From NCBI GenBank assembly GCA_035636595.1, contig DASPYU010000017.1, positions 64,040 through 128,039 on the forward strand: a stretch of DNA of 64,000 bases. The letters are read 5' to 3'. Below, one piece after another: positions 37,431 to 47,905 of the stretch. The translations under genes were made by a program, and so were the position numbers. This DNA is from Thermoplasmata archaeon. GTDB lineage: Archaea; Thermoplasmatota; Thermoplasmata; RBG-16-68-12. Position 1 is the first letter of the stretch, and the number at the start of each line of letters is the position of its first letter. The notes beneath the pieces were generated by a model. The model made no database searches, was not told the DNA's origin, and worked only from the letters and a program-made list of their open reading frames with translations.

Positions 37431-38491
37431 CGGCCCCTCTCATCGAGGCCGACCACCTGGTGAAACAGTTCCCGCTCTCGCGGTCCCTCGCGGGGGTCCT
37501 CCTCGGCGAGCCGGAAGAGTTCGTGCACGCCGTGGACGATGTCTCCCTTGAGATCCATCCCGGCGAGACGCTCGGGCTCATCGGCGAATCGGGGTCCGGG
37601 AAGACGACGCTCGGCTGGCTCTTGGCGAAGTTGCTCGACGCGACGGGCGGGCGCATTCGATTCGAGGGGTGGGACATCACGGGCCTCTCCGGGCGCGATC
37701 TCCTCGCGTGGCGGCGCAACGTCCAGGTCGTGTTTCAGGACCCGGTCGGATCCCTCGATCCCCGCTTCCGCGTCTGGCAGGTCGTCGGCGAGCCGATCCT
37801 CGCCCAGGAGGACGTGTCCCGCCCCGAGCTGAAGGCCCGCGTCGCCGAGCTCCTGCCGCTCGTAGGGCTCCCCGCCGGTGTCCTGGACCAATATCCGCAT
37901 GAGTTTTCGGGCGGCGGCCGGCAGCGCCTCTCCCTAGCCCGCGCCCTCAGCGTGCGGCCGAAACTCCTGATCCTCGACGAGCCGACGAGCGCCTTGGATG
38001 TCGCCGTGCAGGCGCAGGTGCTGAACCGCCTGGTGGAATTGCAGCGGCAACTCGGCCTTTCGTATCTTCTGATCACGCACAACGTGGCGGCGGTGCGGTA
38101 CGTCGCGGACCGTGTGGCGGTGATGTACCTGGGACGCATCGTCGAGGTGGGCCCGGTCGAGGACATCATGGAGCGCCCGATCCATCCGTACACGAAAGCG
38201 CTCCTCGCCGCGCTTCCGGTCCCGGACCCGCGCCGACGCCGCGCGCGGTACCGCATCGGCGGAGAAGTCCCGACCCTCGTCCACCCGCCGCCCGGGTGCC
38301 GCTTCGCCCCGCGCTGCCCGTTCGTCATCGACCGCTGCATCGCAGAGGACCCGCCGCTGCGGCCGATCCCGGGCCGACCGGGTCGATTGGCGGCCTGTCA
38401 CCGCGCGGAGGAAGTCGGCGACGTGCCGCCGGAGCAACTGCTCGTCAGCCCCGAGACGCCGTCAGGCGCGGAATCGACGAGCGTCGGTTGA
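37427..38491 (+). CDS. Peptide ABC transporter ATPase (DppF-like)
   Basis: GESGSGKTT, YPHEFSGG, LDEPT, HPYT and GCRFAPRC; ATGA overlap. Confidence 0.93.
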   Translation: MTAPLIEADHLVKQFPLSRSLAGVLLGEPEEFVHAVDDVSLEIHPGETLGLIGESGSGKTTLGWLLAKLLDATGGRIRFEGWDITGLSGRDLLAWRRNVQVVFQDPVGSLDPRFRVWQVVGEPILAQEDVSRPELKARVAELLPLVGLPAGVLDQYPHEFSGGGRQRLSLARALSVRPKLLILDEPTSALDVAVQAQVLNRLVELQRQLGLSYLLITHNVAAVRYVADRVAVMYLGRIVEVGPVEDIMERPIHPYTKALLAALPVPDPRRRRARYRIGGEVPTLVHPPPGCRFAPRCPFVIDRCIAEDPPLRPIPGRPGRLAACHRAEEVGDVPPEQLLVSPETPSGAESTSVG

Positions 38492-38497
38492 TTCGAT

Positions 38498-40450
38498 TCA
38501 GCCGCCGCGCCTCGCGTAGGCCGTGTTCTGCGTCACGACGAACGGGATCGCCGCGCCCATCGGGTTGGCGACGAAGCCCAGGAGGTGCGTGTTCACGACC
38601 TGGAACTGCGTCGGCACGACGAGCCACGCGACGGTCGCGTTGTCGTACATCGTCCGCGTGATCGTGGCGTACTCGCTCCGCGCTGTGTTCGAATCGGTCT
38701 GGGTCGCGGCGTCGAGGACGAGCGTGTCGATGTTCGGATCGTTGTATCCGGCCATGCACGCGTTCGCGCTGCCGTAGCTGATCGCGTTGTTCTGCGTCCA
38801 GTCGTCCGGCGAGATGTAATCGGACGTGTAGAACTCCTGGCCGATCGGGAAGGGCCCGCCGTTCGCGGTGGTCTGGGCGATGCAGTTCCCGTTCGCGTCG
38901 GTCGCCTGGAGCTCGTACAGCTTGTCGATGTTCGCGATCCCGACGGGATTGATATGGATCCCGATCTGCGCCAGGTCGTCCTTCAGCAGATTCGCGACGT
39001 CGGCCCAATCGCCCAGGTTGACGTACTCGTAGTTGATGGTGGGCGAATAGCCTCCTCCCGAGGCATACGGCCACGGCGATTGATCCATGTACTGGCGCGC
39101 GAGCGTCACGTTGTACTCGTACGGCGATAGGCTATCCGGGTTGTAGTACGGATATCCCGGCGGCACGGGTCCGACCCACCGCTCCGCGTTGCCACCGAAC
39201 GCGACGTCGATGATTCGTTGGTAGTTGATCGCATGGACGACGGCCATGCGTACGGACCAGTTCGTGAACGGGTCGCTGGCCTGATTCATGTAGATCCACC
39301 AGCCGCCTGCCGTCGAGCCATACACCGTGTCGAGCGCGTTCACGGAGACGCAAGCGACGCCTCGCAAGGTGTTCACGGTCGACGGACCGATGTACGCGAA
39401 CGACGACGCGACGACCTTCCCGGTCTTCATGTCGTTGACCGCGATCGCCGGATCGCCCTGGAAGTCCACCTGGATCGAGGATTGCGCGGGCTGGATGATG
39501 TTGTTCCACGGTTCCGCGGTCGCATCGGCGCGGCCCCAATAGTTCGGGTCCGGGTTGATGGTGTAGCTGGGCGCGCTCGGATCGAGGAAGCCGCCGCTGA
39601 GCACGTGGGGCCCGGTCCCGAGCATGTGGGTCGACATCCACGTGTTCGAATTGTCCGCCTCGACGCCGCCGTTCGCCTGGATCACGGCCGGGTCCACGGC
39701 GCTCGCGATCGGCCCCGCGATCGAAGCGAGGAGGAACGCGTACGGGAACGTGCCGAGGTATCCGGCGCCCGTTTTCAGGACGAGCGTGAAGTTGTCGAGG
39801 GCCTGGAAGGAGTTGTTGTCCGCCGCCATGATCGCCCGCTGGGCCGCGGTCGGGTTGAAGAAGTCCCACGTGTTGAGCGCATTGGTCACCCAGGCCGACG
39901 CGTTCGCGCTGTCGTTCGCGTCCGAGTAATAGTTGACGCCGGGGTACCAGAAATTCTCCTGAAGGATGAAGCTCCCCGCTTGGTTCATGACAATCGCGCG
40001 GTTGAGACTGAACCACATGACGTACGCGTTGAACGCGTCCCCGTTCGAGAAGTGGACATCTTGCCGGAGCACGAACGTGAAGTTGAAGCCGTCCGAGGAG
40101 ACGGTCCAACTCTTCGCGAGCACCGGGACGAATGTCGTGTACGAACTCTGGTTGTAATTTACGAGACTCTGATAGATCTGCTGGACAATGCCCCATCCGG
40201 GCGTCGAGAACGTGACATGCGGGTCGAGCGTGTCCGGCCGTTCCGGCTGGTCGAAGATCAGCGGATTCGTCGAGGTGAAGTTGCATGCCGAGCTCTGCAG
40301 GAAGAAGACGTAGTAGGCGGTCGCGGCCGACACCGCCAAGATCAGCACGACGAGGATCACGATGATTCGGATCGTCCGCGGATTCCGGCGACCCCCCTGC
40401 ATCGGTGACGGAGACGGCGCACTACCCGGTTGGTCCTGAGAGGGCTCCAC
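38498..40450 (-). CDS. Peptide ABC transporter substrate-binding protein (family 5)
   Basis: N-terminal TM, PDTLDP, LAKSW, FSNG, GTGP and VR.A..HAINY. Confidence 0.9.
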   Translation of the reverse strand: MEPSQDQPGSAPSPSPMQGGRRNPRTIRIIVILVVLILAVSAATAYYVFFLQSSACNFTSTNPLIFDQPERPDTLDPHVTFSTPGWGIVQQIYQSLVNYNQSSYTTFVPVLAKSWTVSSDGFNFTFVLRQDVHFSNGDAFNAYVMWFSLNRAIVMNQAGSFILQENFWYPGVNYYSDANDSANASAWVTNALNTWDFFNPTAAQRAIMAADNNSFQALDNFTLVLKTGAGYLGTFPYAFLLASIAGPIASAVDPAVIQANGGVEADNSNTWMSTHMLGTGPHVLSGGFLDPSAPSYTINPDPNYWGRADATAEPWNNIIQPAQSSIQVDFQGDPAIAVNDMKTGKVVASSFAYIGPSTVNTLRGVACVSVNALDTVYGSTAGGWWIYMNQASDPFTNWSVRMAVVHAINYQRIIDVAFGGNAERWVGPVPPGYPYYNPDSLSPYEYNVTLARQYMDQSPWPYASGGGYSPTINYEYVNLGDWADVANLLKDDLAQIGIHINPVGIANIDKLYELQATDANGNCIAQTTANGGPFPIGQEFYTSDYISPDDWTQNNAISYGSANACMAGYNDPNIDTLVLDAATQTDSNTARSEYATITRTMYDNATVAWLVVPTQFQVVNTHLLGFVANPMGAAIPFVVTQNTAYARRGG

Positions 40451-40546
40451 GTTCCTCCTCCGGCGCGCGGAAGGGTGGTATCGGATATAACGCTTGGCAC
40501 GCGGGCGTCACGCGATATCCGAGTGATCCCGCTCGAATGAACCGTC

Positions 40547-42688
40547 CTAGATGAGGAGCGGAGCGATCACCAGGGTAATCGTCGAGAGCAACTTGACGAG
40601 GATGTGCAGCGACGGTCCCGCGGTGTCCTTGAACGGATCGCCGACCGTGTCGCCGACGACGGCGGCCTTGTGCGTCGAGCTGCCTTTGCCTCCGAGGTTC
40701 CCCGCTTCGATGAACTTCTTCGCGTTGTCCCACGCGCCTCCGCCGGTGTTCAGCGTGAGGGCCATCAGGATGCCCGCGATCGTCCCGACCATGAGCGTTC
40801 CGCCGAGCGGCTCGCCCGCGGGGATCGGGCTTCCCGCGATGTACGTGATCTTGACGAACCGGAAGACGAGGCCGACGGCGACCGGCGTGGCGACCGCGAG
40901 GACGCCGGGGACGATCATCTCCCTGAGCGCGCTGCGCGTGCAGATGTCCACCGTACGGCCGTAGTCCGGCTTCGAGGTCCCGGCCATGATGCCCGGGTTC
41001 TCGTGGAACTGGTCGCGGACGTCCTTGATGATCGACCATGCGGCCCGGCCGACCGCGCGGATCGCGTAGGCGGTGAAGAGGAACACGAGCGCTGCGCCCA
41101 TGAATGCGCCGACGAACGTCTCCGGGTGCGCGAGGTCCACGGAGGCCACGCGGGCTTCCGTGAGGAATGCGTTGAAGAGCAGAAACGCCGCGAGCGCCGC
41201 GCTGCCGACCGCGTAACCTTTCGTCAGGGCCTTCGTCGTATTCCCGGCGGCGTCGAGCTTGTCCATGTTCTTCCGGGCGCTCTCCGACATTCCGGACATC
41301 TCGATGATCCCCGCGCCGTTGTCGACGATCGGACCGAACGTATCCATGGCGAGGATGTAGGCGGCGGTCGCGAGCATCCCCATCGTCGCAATGGCCGTCC
41401 CGTAGACGCCCCCGCGGGGGATTCCCGTCGCCTCGCCGAGGGCGTACGAGACGAGGATCGCGATCGAGACGACGACCGCCGGGATCGCGGTCGCCTCCAA
41501 GCCGACGGCGAAGCCGGAGATGATGTTCGTCGCGGGGCCCGTCTCCGAGGCCTTCGCGATGTCCCGGACCGGCCGGTACCTTGCTTCCGTGTAGTACTGG
41601 GTGACCCAGACGTAGACGAATGCGGTGATCATCCCCGTGATTCCGCAGAGCCAGTAGAACGCCCAGGTCCACGCACCTGTCGACGTCGGCAAGGCGGGGT
41701 TCAGCATCGCCCACGCCGCGAACCCGAACAGGAGCGCAGCGAGAACGGTCGCGACGAGGTATCCGCGGTTCAGCGCGCCCATCGGCGACTCGTCCTCTCG
41801 GGCCTTGACGACGAAGACCCCGACGATGCTTGCGAACACCCCGAAGCCCCGCGCGACGAGCGGGAAGATGACGCCCGCCAGACCGAAGTACTGGAAGAGC
41901 GCGACGCCGAGGATCATCGCCCCGATGTTCTCCGCGGCGGTCGACTCGAAGAGGTCCGCGCCGCGGCCCGCGCAATCTCCGACGTTGTCGCCGACCAAAT
42001 CCGCCACGACCGCCGGATTGCGAGGATCGTCTTCCGGGATCCCGGCCTCGACTTTCCCGACGAGGTCCGCGCCGACGTCCGCGGCTTTCGTGTAGATGCC
42101 GCCCCCCAGCTGCGCGAAGAGGGCGACGAGGCTCGCGCCGAATCCGAAGCCGACGATGGAGAGGACGAGGGAATCCTGCGTCAGCCGATCGGGAGCGGCG
42201 AGGGCGCCGGAGAGGGAGCCGTATCCGTAGTAGAGGATGGCGACGCCGGCGAGGGAGAGGCTGACGATCGAGAGGCCGGACACCGCGCCGCCGCGAAGCG
42301 CGATGACGAGGGCGTCGTTGAAGGACGTCAGGGATCCGGCGGCGGACCGGACGTTCGAGCGTATCGCGATTTGCATGCCGATGTACCCGGAGAGCGCAGA
42401 GAACGTCGCACCGAGCGCGAACGCGCCCGCCGTCTCGAGTCCTGCGACGTATCCTCGTTGGAGACCGAGGGCGACCGCGAACACGATGGCCAGGGTCGTC
42501 GCGATGAAGGCGATCGTCTTGTATTGCCGTCGCAGGAACGCCCGCGCGCCTTGCTGAATCGCGACCGCGATCTCTTGCATCGCGCTCGAGCCGGTGTCTC
42601 GCCGCAGGATGTCGCGCGCAAGGACCGCCGAGAAACCGAGGCCCGCAAGGATCGCAATCGGGATGACGAGGGTCAGGTCAAGGGCCAC
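40547..42688 (-). CDS. hppA: Membrane H+-translocating pyrophosphatase, K+-independent type
   Basis: GGIYTKAADVGADLVGKVE, EDDPRNP, DNVGD and GNTTKALTK. Confidence 0.95.
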   Translation of the reverse strand: MALDLTLVIPIAILAGLGFSAVLARDILRRDTGSSAMQEIAVAIQQGARAFLRRQYKTIAFIATTLAIVFAVALGLQRGYVAGLETAGAFALGATFSALSGYIGMQIAIRSNVRSAAGSLTSFNDALVIALRGGAVSGLSIVSLSLAGVAILYYGYGSLSGALAAPDRLTQDSLVLSIVGFGFGASLVALFAQLGGGIYTKAADVGADLVGKVEAGIPEDDPRNPAVVADLVGDNVGDCAGRGADLFESTAAENIGAMILGVALFQYFGLAGVIFPLVARGFGVFASIVGVFVVKAREDESPMGALNRGYLVATVLAALLFGFAAWAMLNPALPTSTGAWTWAFYWLCGITGMITAFVYVWVTQYYTEARYRPVRDIAKASETGPATNIISGFAVGLEATAIPAVVVSIAILVSYALGEATGIPRGGVYGTAIATMGMLATAAYILAMDTFGPIVDNGAGIIEMSGMSESARKNMDKLDAAGNTTKALTKGYAVGSAALAAFLLFNAFLTEARVASVDLAHPETFVGAFMGAALVFLFTAYAIRAVGRAAWSIIKDVRDQFHENPGIMAGTSKPDYGRTVDICTRSALREMIVPGVLAVATPVAVGLVFRFVKITYIAGSPIPAGEPLGGTLMVGTIAGILMALTLNTGGGAWDNAKKFIEAGNLGGKGSSTHKAAVVGDTVGDPFKDTAGPSLHILVKLLSTITLVIAPLLI

Positions 42689-42757
42689 GCGGCTCGGTCC
42701 TCCGGCGTTTTCGCGGCCGCAAACTCCTCATGGTATATAGGCTTTGATTGGTCCGCC

Positions 42758-43987
42758 TTACGCGCCGTACTTCTCCGATCGCCCTGCGAGGTCCATCAGC
42801 AGGTTCATCACATCGAGGCCACGCACGCGGCCGATGGCTCCGTGCGCGACGCTGCGCTCATCGAAAGCGTTGACGCCGTCGACGCGGACTCCTTCACCGA
42901 AGATCGTGAGCGGGACCGGATCGCCCGAGTGGTCTTTGATCGCGACGGGCGTCGAGTGATCCGCGGTCATGGCGACGACTACATCGGAGGGGAGTTTCGC
43001 CTTCAGGTGGCCCATCATGGCGTCAAGGCGCTCAATCACGCGGATCTTCTCCGAAGCCTTGCCGTCGTGGCCGCACAGGTCCGGCGCCTTGACGTGGAGG
43101 ACCACGAGGTCGTATGACTCCATGGCGCGGAGGGCGGCGTCCGCTTTCGCAATCATGTCCGTGTCGAGGCCTCCGGTCGCGCCCCGGACATCGAGGGGCT
43201 CGATGCCGACGGCGCGGAACATCCCGCGAATCAAGGCGACTCCCGCAATCCCCGCCGCCTTCAGGTGCAGCCGCTCGGTGATCGGCACGAGATCCGGGTA
43301 CACGCCAGCGCCGCGGAGCACCACCGCGTTTGCGGGCGCCTCGCCTTTCGCGATGCGGGCGCGGTTCACCGGATGGGTCTTGAGGACCTTGAACGCCTGC
43401 TTCGTGAACGCGTTCACGGCCTTCGCGGTGGGCTTCGCCGCGGACTCGAGCGGCTCCGCCTGACGGATCTCCTCGCCCTCCTGATGCGGGTCGGTGTCCG
43501 TGACTTTCGGTGAGAGGCCCCGGCCCCGCAGCACCAGCGCGGTCCGATGTTCCGTCCCCGCGCGAAACATCACTTTGACCCGGCCGATCTTCATGCCGTC
43601 GAGGGCCCTCGCGAGTTCCTCGGTCCCTTCGCGGATGCGACCTGCGCGCCGGTCGGTGAGACGCATGTCCTCGTCCACCGTCGCGAAGTTCCCGCGGAAT
43701 GCGATGTCTCCCGGCTCCAAATCGATGCCCACGCCCGCGGCCTCGAACGGCCCGCGGCCCGTGTACACCTCGTGCGGGTCGTATCCCAAGAGAGCGAGGT
43801 GGCTCGTGTCGCTCCCCGCGGGGATGCCCGGCGCGATCGGATCGACGAGCCCATTCACGCCGTTCGCCGCGAACCAGTCGAGGTTCGGCTTCGGCGTCGC
43901 CTCGAGGGGCGTCTTGTGCCCAAGCTCCGTGAGCGGGCGATCGCCGAGCCCGTCGAAAATCACGAAGAGAATCCTCCGCGCTTCCAT
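42758..43987 (-). CDS. apgM: 2,3-bisphosphoglycerate-independent phosphoglycerate mutase (archaeal)
   Basis: DGLGD, GSDTSH, GRGPFEA, D.CGHDG, TADHSTP and HSGDPVP. Confidence 0.95.
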   Translation of the reverse strand: MEARRILFVIFDGLGDRPLTELGHKTPLEATPKPNLDWFAANGVNGLVDPIAPGIPAGSDTSHLALLGYDPHEVYTGRGPFEAAGVGIDLEPGDIAFRGNFATVDEDMRLTDRRAGRIREGTEELARALDGMKIGRVKVMFRAGTEHRTALVLRGRGLSPKVTDTDPHQEGEEIRQAEPLESAAKPTAKAVNAFTKQAFKVLKTHPVNRARIAKGEAPANAVVLRGAGVYPDLVPITERLHLKAAGIAGVALIRGMFRAVGIEPLDVRGATGGLDTDMIAKADAALRAMESYDLVVLHVKAPDLCGHDGKASEKIRVIERLDAMMGHLKAKLPSDVVVAMTADHSTPVAIKDHSGDPVPLTIFGEGVRVDGVNAFDERSVAHGAIGRVRGLDVMNLLMDLAGRSEKYGA

Positions 43988-44099
43988 TCCATCGCGCGCA
44001 ACGGACCGTGTCTAGATATGCCTTTGGTGCGCGGTTTCCCGGAGGTTCTTCTCGGCCGTATGGGTCGGCTTCAATCGTTGGGAAGCCCCGGTCCCCGAA

Positions 44100-44759
44100 A
44101 TGTATTTCATTCGAGGACCCCTTCCATCGCGCGGAGGGATCTCCTCGTCCGGACCGGTCTTCTGTACCCGCTGCGGTTCGCAGAATCCTCCCGACCACCG
44201 CTTCTGTTGGTCGTGCGGAAACCCGCTAGCAACGCCTTTCGGCGGTGTGCCGCCGCCGGCCTATCCGATGCCTCCGCCGCAAGGAGTGTGGGCGCAACCG
44301 GGCCCCGCTCGGCCCGCGTCGAGCGAACGGACGTTGATCATCCTGGTCCTTGTCCTCGTGATTCTCATCGCACTGCCGGCCGTGGCCGTCTTTGTCTTCG
44401 TGGGCCCGTTGTTGCAGCAGGGCCCCACGAACAATGGGCCGCGAGCCATCGGCCTCATCGTCGGGCGCTCCTCCGACGGGACGAATTGGACGCTCACGCT
44501 GACGAGCGTGCCGTCGGGCTTGTCCACGTCCGTGACGCGGCTGACGCTCATCAGCCCGGGCGGCCAGACCGCTCTCGGTCCGACGGCATTCGCCGTCCTC
44601 AGTTATTCCGCGGACCGCGTGGCGTACTACCAAACGCAGCCGAGTAGCACGGTCGGCGTGGGCGATCGCCTTTTGATCAGCGCCGCAACGTATCCGACCG
44701 GCTACACCTACCAGATCTCGGACGGCACCTCGATTCTGGCCAGCGGCGCGCTGCAGTGA
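44100..44759 (+). CDS. Zinc-ribbon / Pro-rich / TM protein with extracellular beta domain
   Basis: FCTRCG...FCWSCG, Pro linker, TM, then Ser/Thr-rich beta domain ending ILASGAL. Confidence 0.7.
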   Translation: MYFIRGPLPSRGGISSSGPVFCTRCGSQNPPDHRFCWSCGNPLATPFGGVPPPAYPMPPPQGVWAQPGPARPASSERTLIILVLVLVILIALPAVAVFVFVGPLLQQGPTNNGPRAIGLIVGRSSDGTNWTLTLTSVPSGLSTSVTRLTLISPGGQTALGPTAFAVLSYSADRVAYYQTQPSSTVGVGDRLLISAATYPTGYTYQISDGTSILASGALQ

Positions 44760-44801
44760 GGATTGTGGAGTCCGCGGTCCGGGAGGGCCACGCCGTCCAT
44801 C

Positions 44802-45596
44802 CTACGATTTCGGCTTCACGACCGCGACCGGCATGCCCGGCGTCGCCTCGAGCTGGCCCGCGGCGCTCGTCTCCCGCTTCGAGATCTCGACGAACCCGCT
44901 CGAGGACAGCGTCGCGAGGAAGTCCCCGAGCGCCACGAGCGCGTACGCGCGGACGAACGGGACGGTCATTTCGTAGCCGCCTACTGTCACGTGCAGCCAA
45001 TCCCCGAACGACCACGCTTTCTCCGCGAGCCCGCGCGCGATGTTCGTCACGATGTTGCCGAAGCGGTCGTGGGTGATCACGACGCCCTCGAAGCCGCCCG
45101 TGCGTTTCTTCGGCTGCCCGAAGTCCAGGTCGACGAAGTCGCGGATCACCGGCCCGACGTCCTTCACCTTCGTGCCCGTCATCAGGTGCGCGGCGACCGG
45201 AGCGAAGAGGTCGCGCCCGTGGAATGTGTCCGAGAGCTCCGCGCGTCCGAGCTTGCGGTTCGTGATCTCGCGCACCTCCTTGAGGCCGAGGCGCCGCCCG
45301 GCGGGGATCAACAGCCCGTTGTCCGGGCCCACGAGGAGCGCGCCTTCGCACACGCACACGATGCCGCGGCGCTTCGTTCCGACGCCCGGATCCACGACGC
45401 CCACGTGCGCGGCAAACGGGTAGAAGGGCACTGCAGAATAGAGAACGTAGGCGCCGTGCCGGACGTCGTGGGGGCGCACGTTGTGGTCGAGGTCCACGAC
45501 CGTGAGGTCGGGGTCGACCGCGAGGATCGCGCCTTTCATCGCGCCGACGTATTCGCCGAGTCCGAAGTCCGTTGTCAGAGTGACGATGCCGCCCAT
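44802..45596 (-). CDS. SAM hydroxide adenosyltransferase / chlorinase-fluorinase family (DUF62)
   Basis: TLTTDFG, VVDPGVGT.R, GPDNG, TFHGRDLFAP and DRFGN. Confidence 0.92.
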   Translation of the reverse strand: MGGIVTLTTDFGLGEYVGAMKGAILAVDPDLTVVDLDHNVRPHDVRHGAYVLYSAVPFYPFAAHVGVVDPGVGTKRRGIVCVCEGALLVGPDNGLLIPAGRRLGLKEVREITNRKLGRAELSDTFHGRDLFAPVAAHLMTGTKVKDVGPVIRDFVDLDFGQPKKRTGGFEGVVITHDRFGNIVTNIARGLAEKAWSFGDWLHVTVGGYEMTVPFVRAYALVALGDFLATLSSSGFVEISKRETSAAGQLEATPGMPVAVVKPKS

Positions 45597-45610
45597 GCCT
45601 TCCCTCCTTG

Positions 45611-47905
45611 TTACCGGATGCGCTTCAGGCCTTCCTTGATCCGCGAGAGTTCGCGCTTGCGCCGCTCGAGGTCGGCCTGCGCTTTCGACGCCCGGGCTTC
45701 CATCTCCTTGGCCTTCGCCTCGCGCGCTTTCAGTTCGGCGCGCTCCTGCGTGACTGCGGCACGCTCGGCGACGAGCCGCTCGCGTTGCGCCGCCAATTTG
45801 GCGGCACGATTGTCCAACGTCTTGCGTTGCGTCGCAAGGGATTGTTCGCGTCGCTTCGACGCGGCCTCGAGGCGGGCGGCCACCTTCGGCAACTCCGCTT
45901 CGCGGTCATCGAGCTCGTCCGCTCGTCCCTTCGCGGCCCGCTCCATCGCCTCGGCGTCCTCGGAAAGTTCCTCGACCTCGGCCTCGCGCGCCTCGATCGC
46001 ACTCTCGCGTTTCCGGAGGGATTCCTTCGATCGCGCTTCTTGCGTCGAGACCGCCTCGGAGCGCTTCTCGAGTTGGGCCTCTTGTTTCGCGAGATCCGCT
46101 TCGACGTTCTCCAGACTCGCCTTGCGTGCCTCGAGGTCCTGGAGGTCGGCCAGGATGGCGTCCTCCTGCTCTTCGAGCGTTGCCTTGAGGGACTCGAGCG
46201 AGTCCGACTCCTTGGCGACGATGCGCTCCTTCGCGGTGAGATCCCTCTCCCGGCGCTCCAACTCGGCGCGGCTCGCGCTCGCTTCGCCCTCGATGGACGT
46301 GCGCCGGGCCTTCAGGTCTTCCTCCGCGACCTCGATCGCGTCCGCTCGTTCCGCGACCTTCGCGGACTCCGCGTCGATGGCGCGCTCGCGCTTTCCGCCG
46401 GCGGCTTCTTGGCGCTTCACGGCCGCCTCGCGCTTCGCAAGGTCTCCCTCCAGGGCCTCCACGGCACGCAGCCGTTCTTGCCCTGCCCGTTCGGATTGGA
46501 GGAGTTTCGTGGCCTGGTCCTTCAATCGGTCTCGCGCGCCCGAAAGCTCGGCATCGAGTTGCGTGAGCTGTCGATCGCGACGTTCGGCCTCGTTGCCTTT
46601 CGCCGCGAGTTCTCGCTGGTGGCGTCGGAGGTCCACCTGCCGTTCCCGCGCCTCCCGCTCCTCCGCGGCGACCCGGCGATCCTTTGCGACGAGGTCCTTC
46701 GTCAGCTTCTGCGTGCGCTTCGTCGCGCGCTCGAGTTCGTCGCGTCGATTCTCCAGGCTCGCGTCTTCGGCCTCCAGCGCGTCCCTCCCTTTCGCGATCT
46801 GCGCGGCCTGAGCGAGGAGTTCCGATTCCCGACTGTCCGCTTGCGTCAGCCGATCCGCGAGGCCTTTCTCCCGATTGATGATCGCCGCCTCACGTTCCTC
46901 GACCGAAGCGTCGTGATGACGGAGTTTCTCCTCCCACTCCCGCGCGGACTGCTCGCGGAGGTTCAGCTCCCGCTCCCGTTGCTCCGCCTCCTCGAGCCGC
47001 GCATCGAACGCCTTCCGGGCTTCGGAGATCTTCTCCGTCTCCGCCTGGAGGCTCGCGTACAGGTCGTTCATCTGCTTCCGTTCGCGTTCGACGGAGGCCT
47101 CTTGGTTGCCGAGGGCCGCCTCCCGATCCTGGAGGAAGGCCGCGTTGGCCGCATGTTCCCGCTCGAAGGAGGCCATCCGCGACTCCCGATCGGCGAGCGC
47201 CTTGCGCTGTCCTTCGAGCTCGGCCCGGGCCTTTTCCAAGTCCATCGAGGCGAGCTTTTTCTGGGACTGGACCTCCACATCTTCCGAGGCGCGACGCTCT
47301 TCGAGGCGGCGCATCAAGACGGCGCTCGCCTCCTTGACCGCTTGGAGTTCCGCCCGGAGGGATTCGAGTTCCCGCTGCCGAAGCGCGCTGCGTTCGAATT
47401 CTTGTTCGAGCTCCCACTTGCGGCGGTAGAGTTCCTCCTCGCGCTCGACGAGCTTCTGCTCCTCGCCCCGGTGGATGGCGGCGTCTCGGGTGTACGCCTC
47501 GCGTTCCGCGGCTTCCTCTGCGCTCACGGCCGCGAGGGCTTGATCCGCGTCGCCGATCCCGTCGACGCTCGCGTCGGGGTAGCTGCGTTGCAGCTGGTCG
47601 ATGCTGATCGACGAGTGACCGTAATCGTAGGTGCGGACCTCGAGCTGCGCCTTCTCGCTCGTCGCATCCTTCAGGATCTCCGGCAGCGCCTTGCGCCCGG
47701 CGAGGTCGACGTTCGAACGATGCTCCGCGAGGACGCCCTCGCCGTCTCGCAACACGAGAACGCCTTGGGCCGGCACGTCCCCTCGGAAGACGGACGTCCG
47801 CAACAGCCCGTTGAACTTCATCGCCCGCAAGTCCACGAGGATCGCGCGGATCGTTTCGAGTCCCCCGTCGGCGATTCGCTCCACTCGACCGGGAGGGACC
47901 TCCAT
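45611..47905 (-). CDS. Long coiled-coil protein with N-terminal globular domain
   Basis: About 120 aa alpha/beta N-terminus, then >600 aa E/R/A/K/L-rich helical region almost devoid of Pro. Confidence 0.8.
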   Translation of the reverse strand: MEVPPGRVERIADGGLETIRAILVDLRAMKFNGLLRTSVFRGDVPAQGVLVLRDGEGVLAEHRSNVDLAGRKALPEILKDATSEKAQLEVRTYDYGHSSISIDQLQRSYPDASVDGIGDADQALAAVSAEEAAEREAYTRDAAIHRGEEQKLVEREEELYRRKWELEQEFERSALRQRELESLRAELQAVKEASAVLMRRLEERRASEDVEVQSQKKLASMDLEKARAELEGQRKALADRESRMASFEREHAANAAFLQDREAALGNQEASVERERKQMNDLYASLQAETEKISEARKAFDARLEEAEQRERELNLREQSAREWEEKLRHHDASVEEREAAIINREKGLADRLTQADSRESELLAQAAQIAKGRDALEAEDASLENRRDELERATKRTQKLTKDLVAKDRRVAAEEREARERQVDLRRHQRELAAKGNEAERRDRQLTQLDAELSGARDRLKDQATKLLQSERAGQERLRAVEALEGDLAKREAAVKRQEAAGGKRERAIDAESAKVAERADAIEVAEEDLKARRTSIEGEASASRAELERRERDLTAKERIVAKESDSLESLKATLEEQEDAILADLQDLEARKASLENVEADLAKQEAQLEKRSEAVSTQEARSKESLRKRESAIEAREAEVEELSEDAEAMERAAKGRADELDDREAELPKVAARLEAASKRREQSLATQRKTLDNRAAKLAAQRERLVAERAAVTQERAELKAREAKAKEMEARASKAQADLERRKRELSRIKEGLKRIR

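Noticed and set aside
40604..43117. 837-aa plus-strand ORF, and similar long ORFs at 45608-47914, 52267-54483, 13981-15816 and 62387-63997
   Set aside because: Antisense shadows of well-supported genes, expected in high-GC DNA; no motifs.
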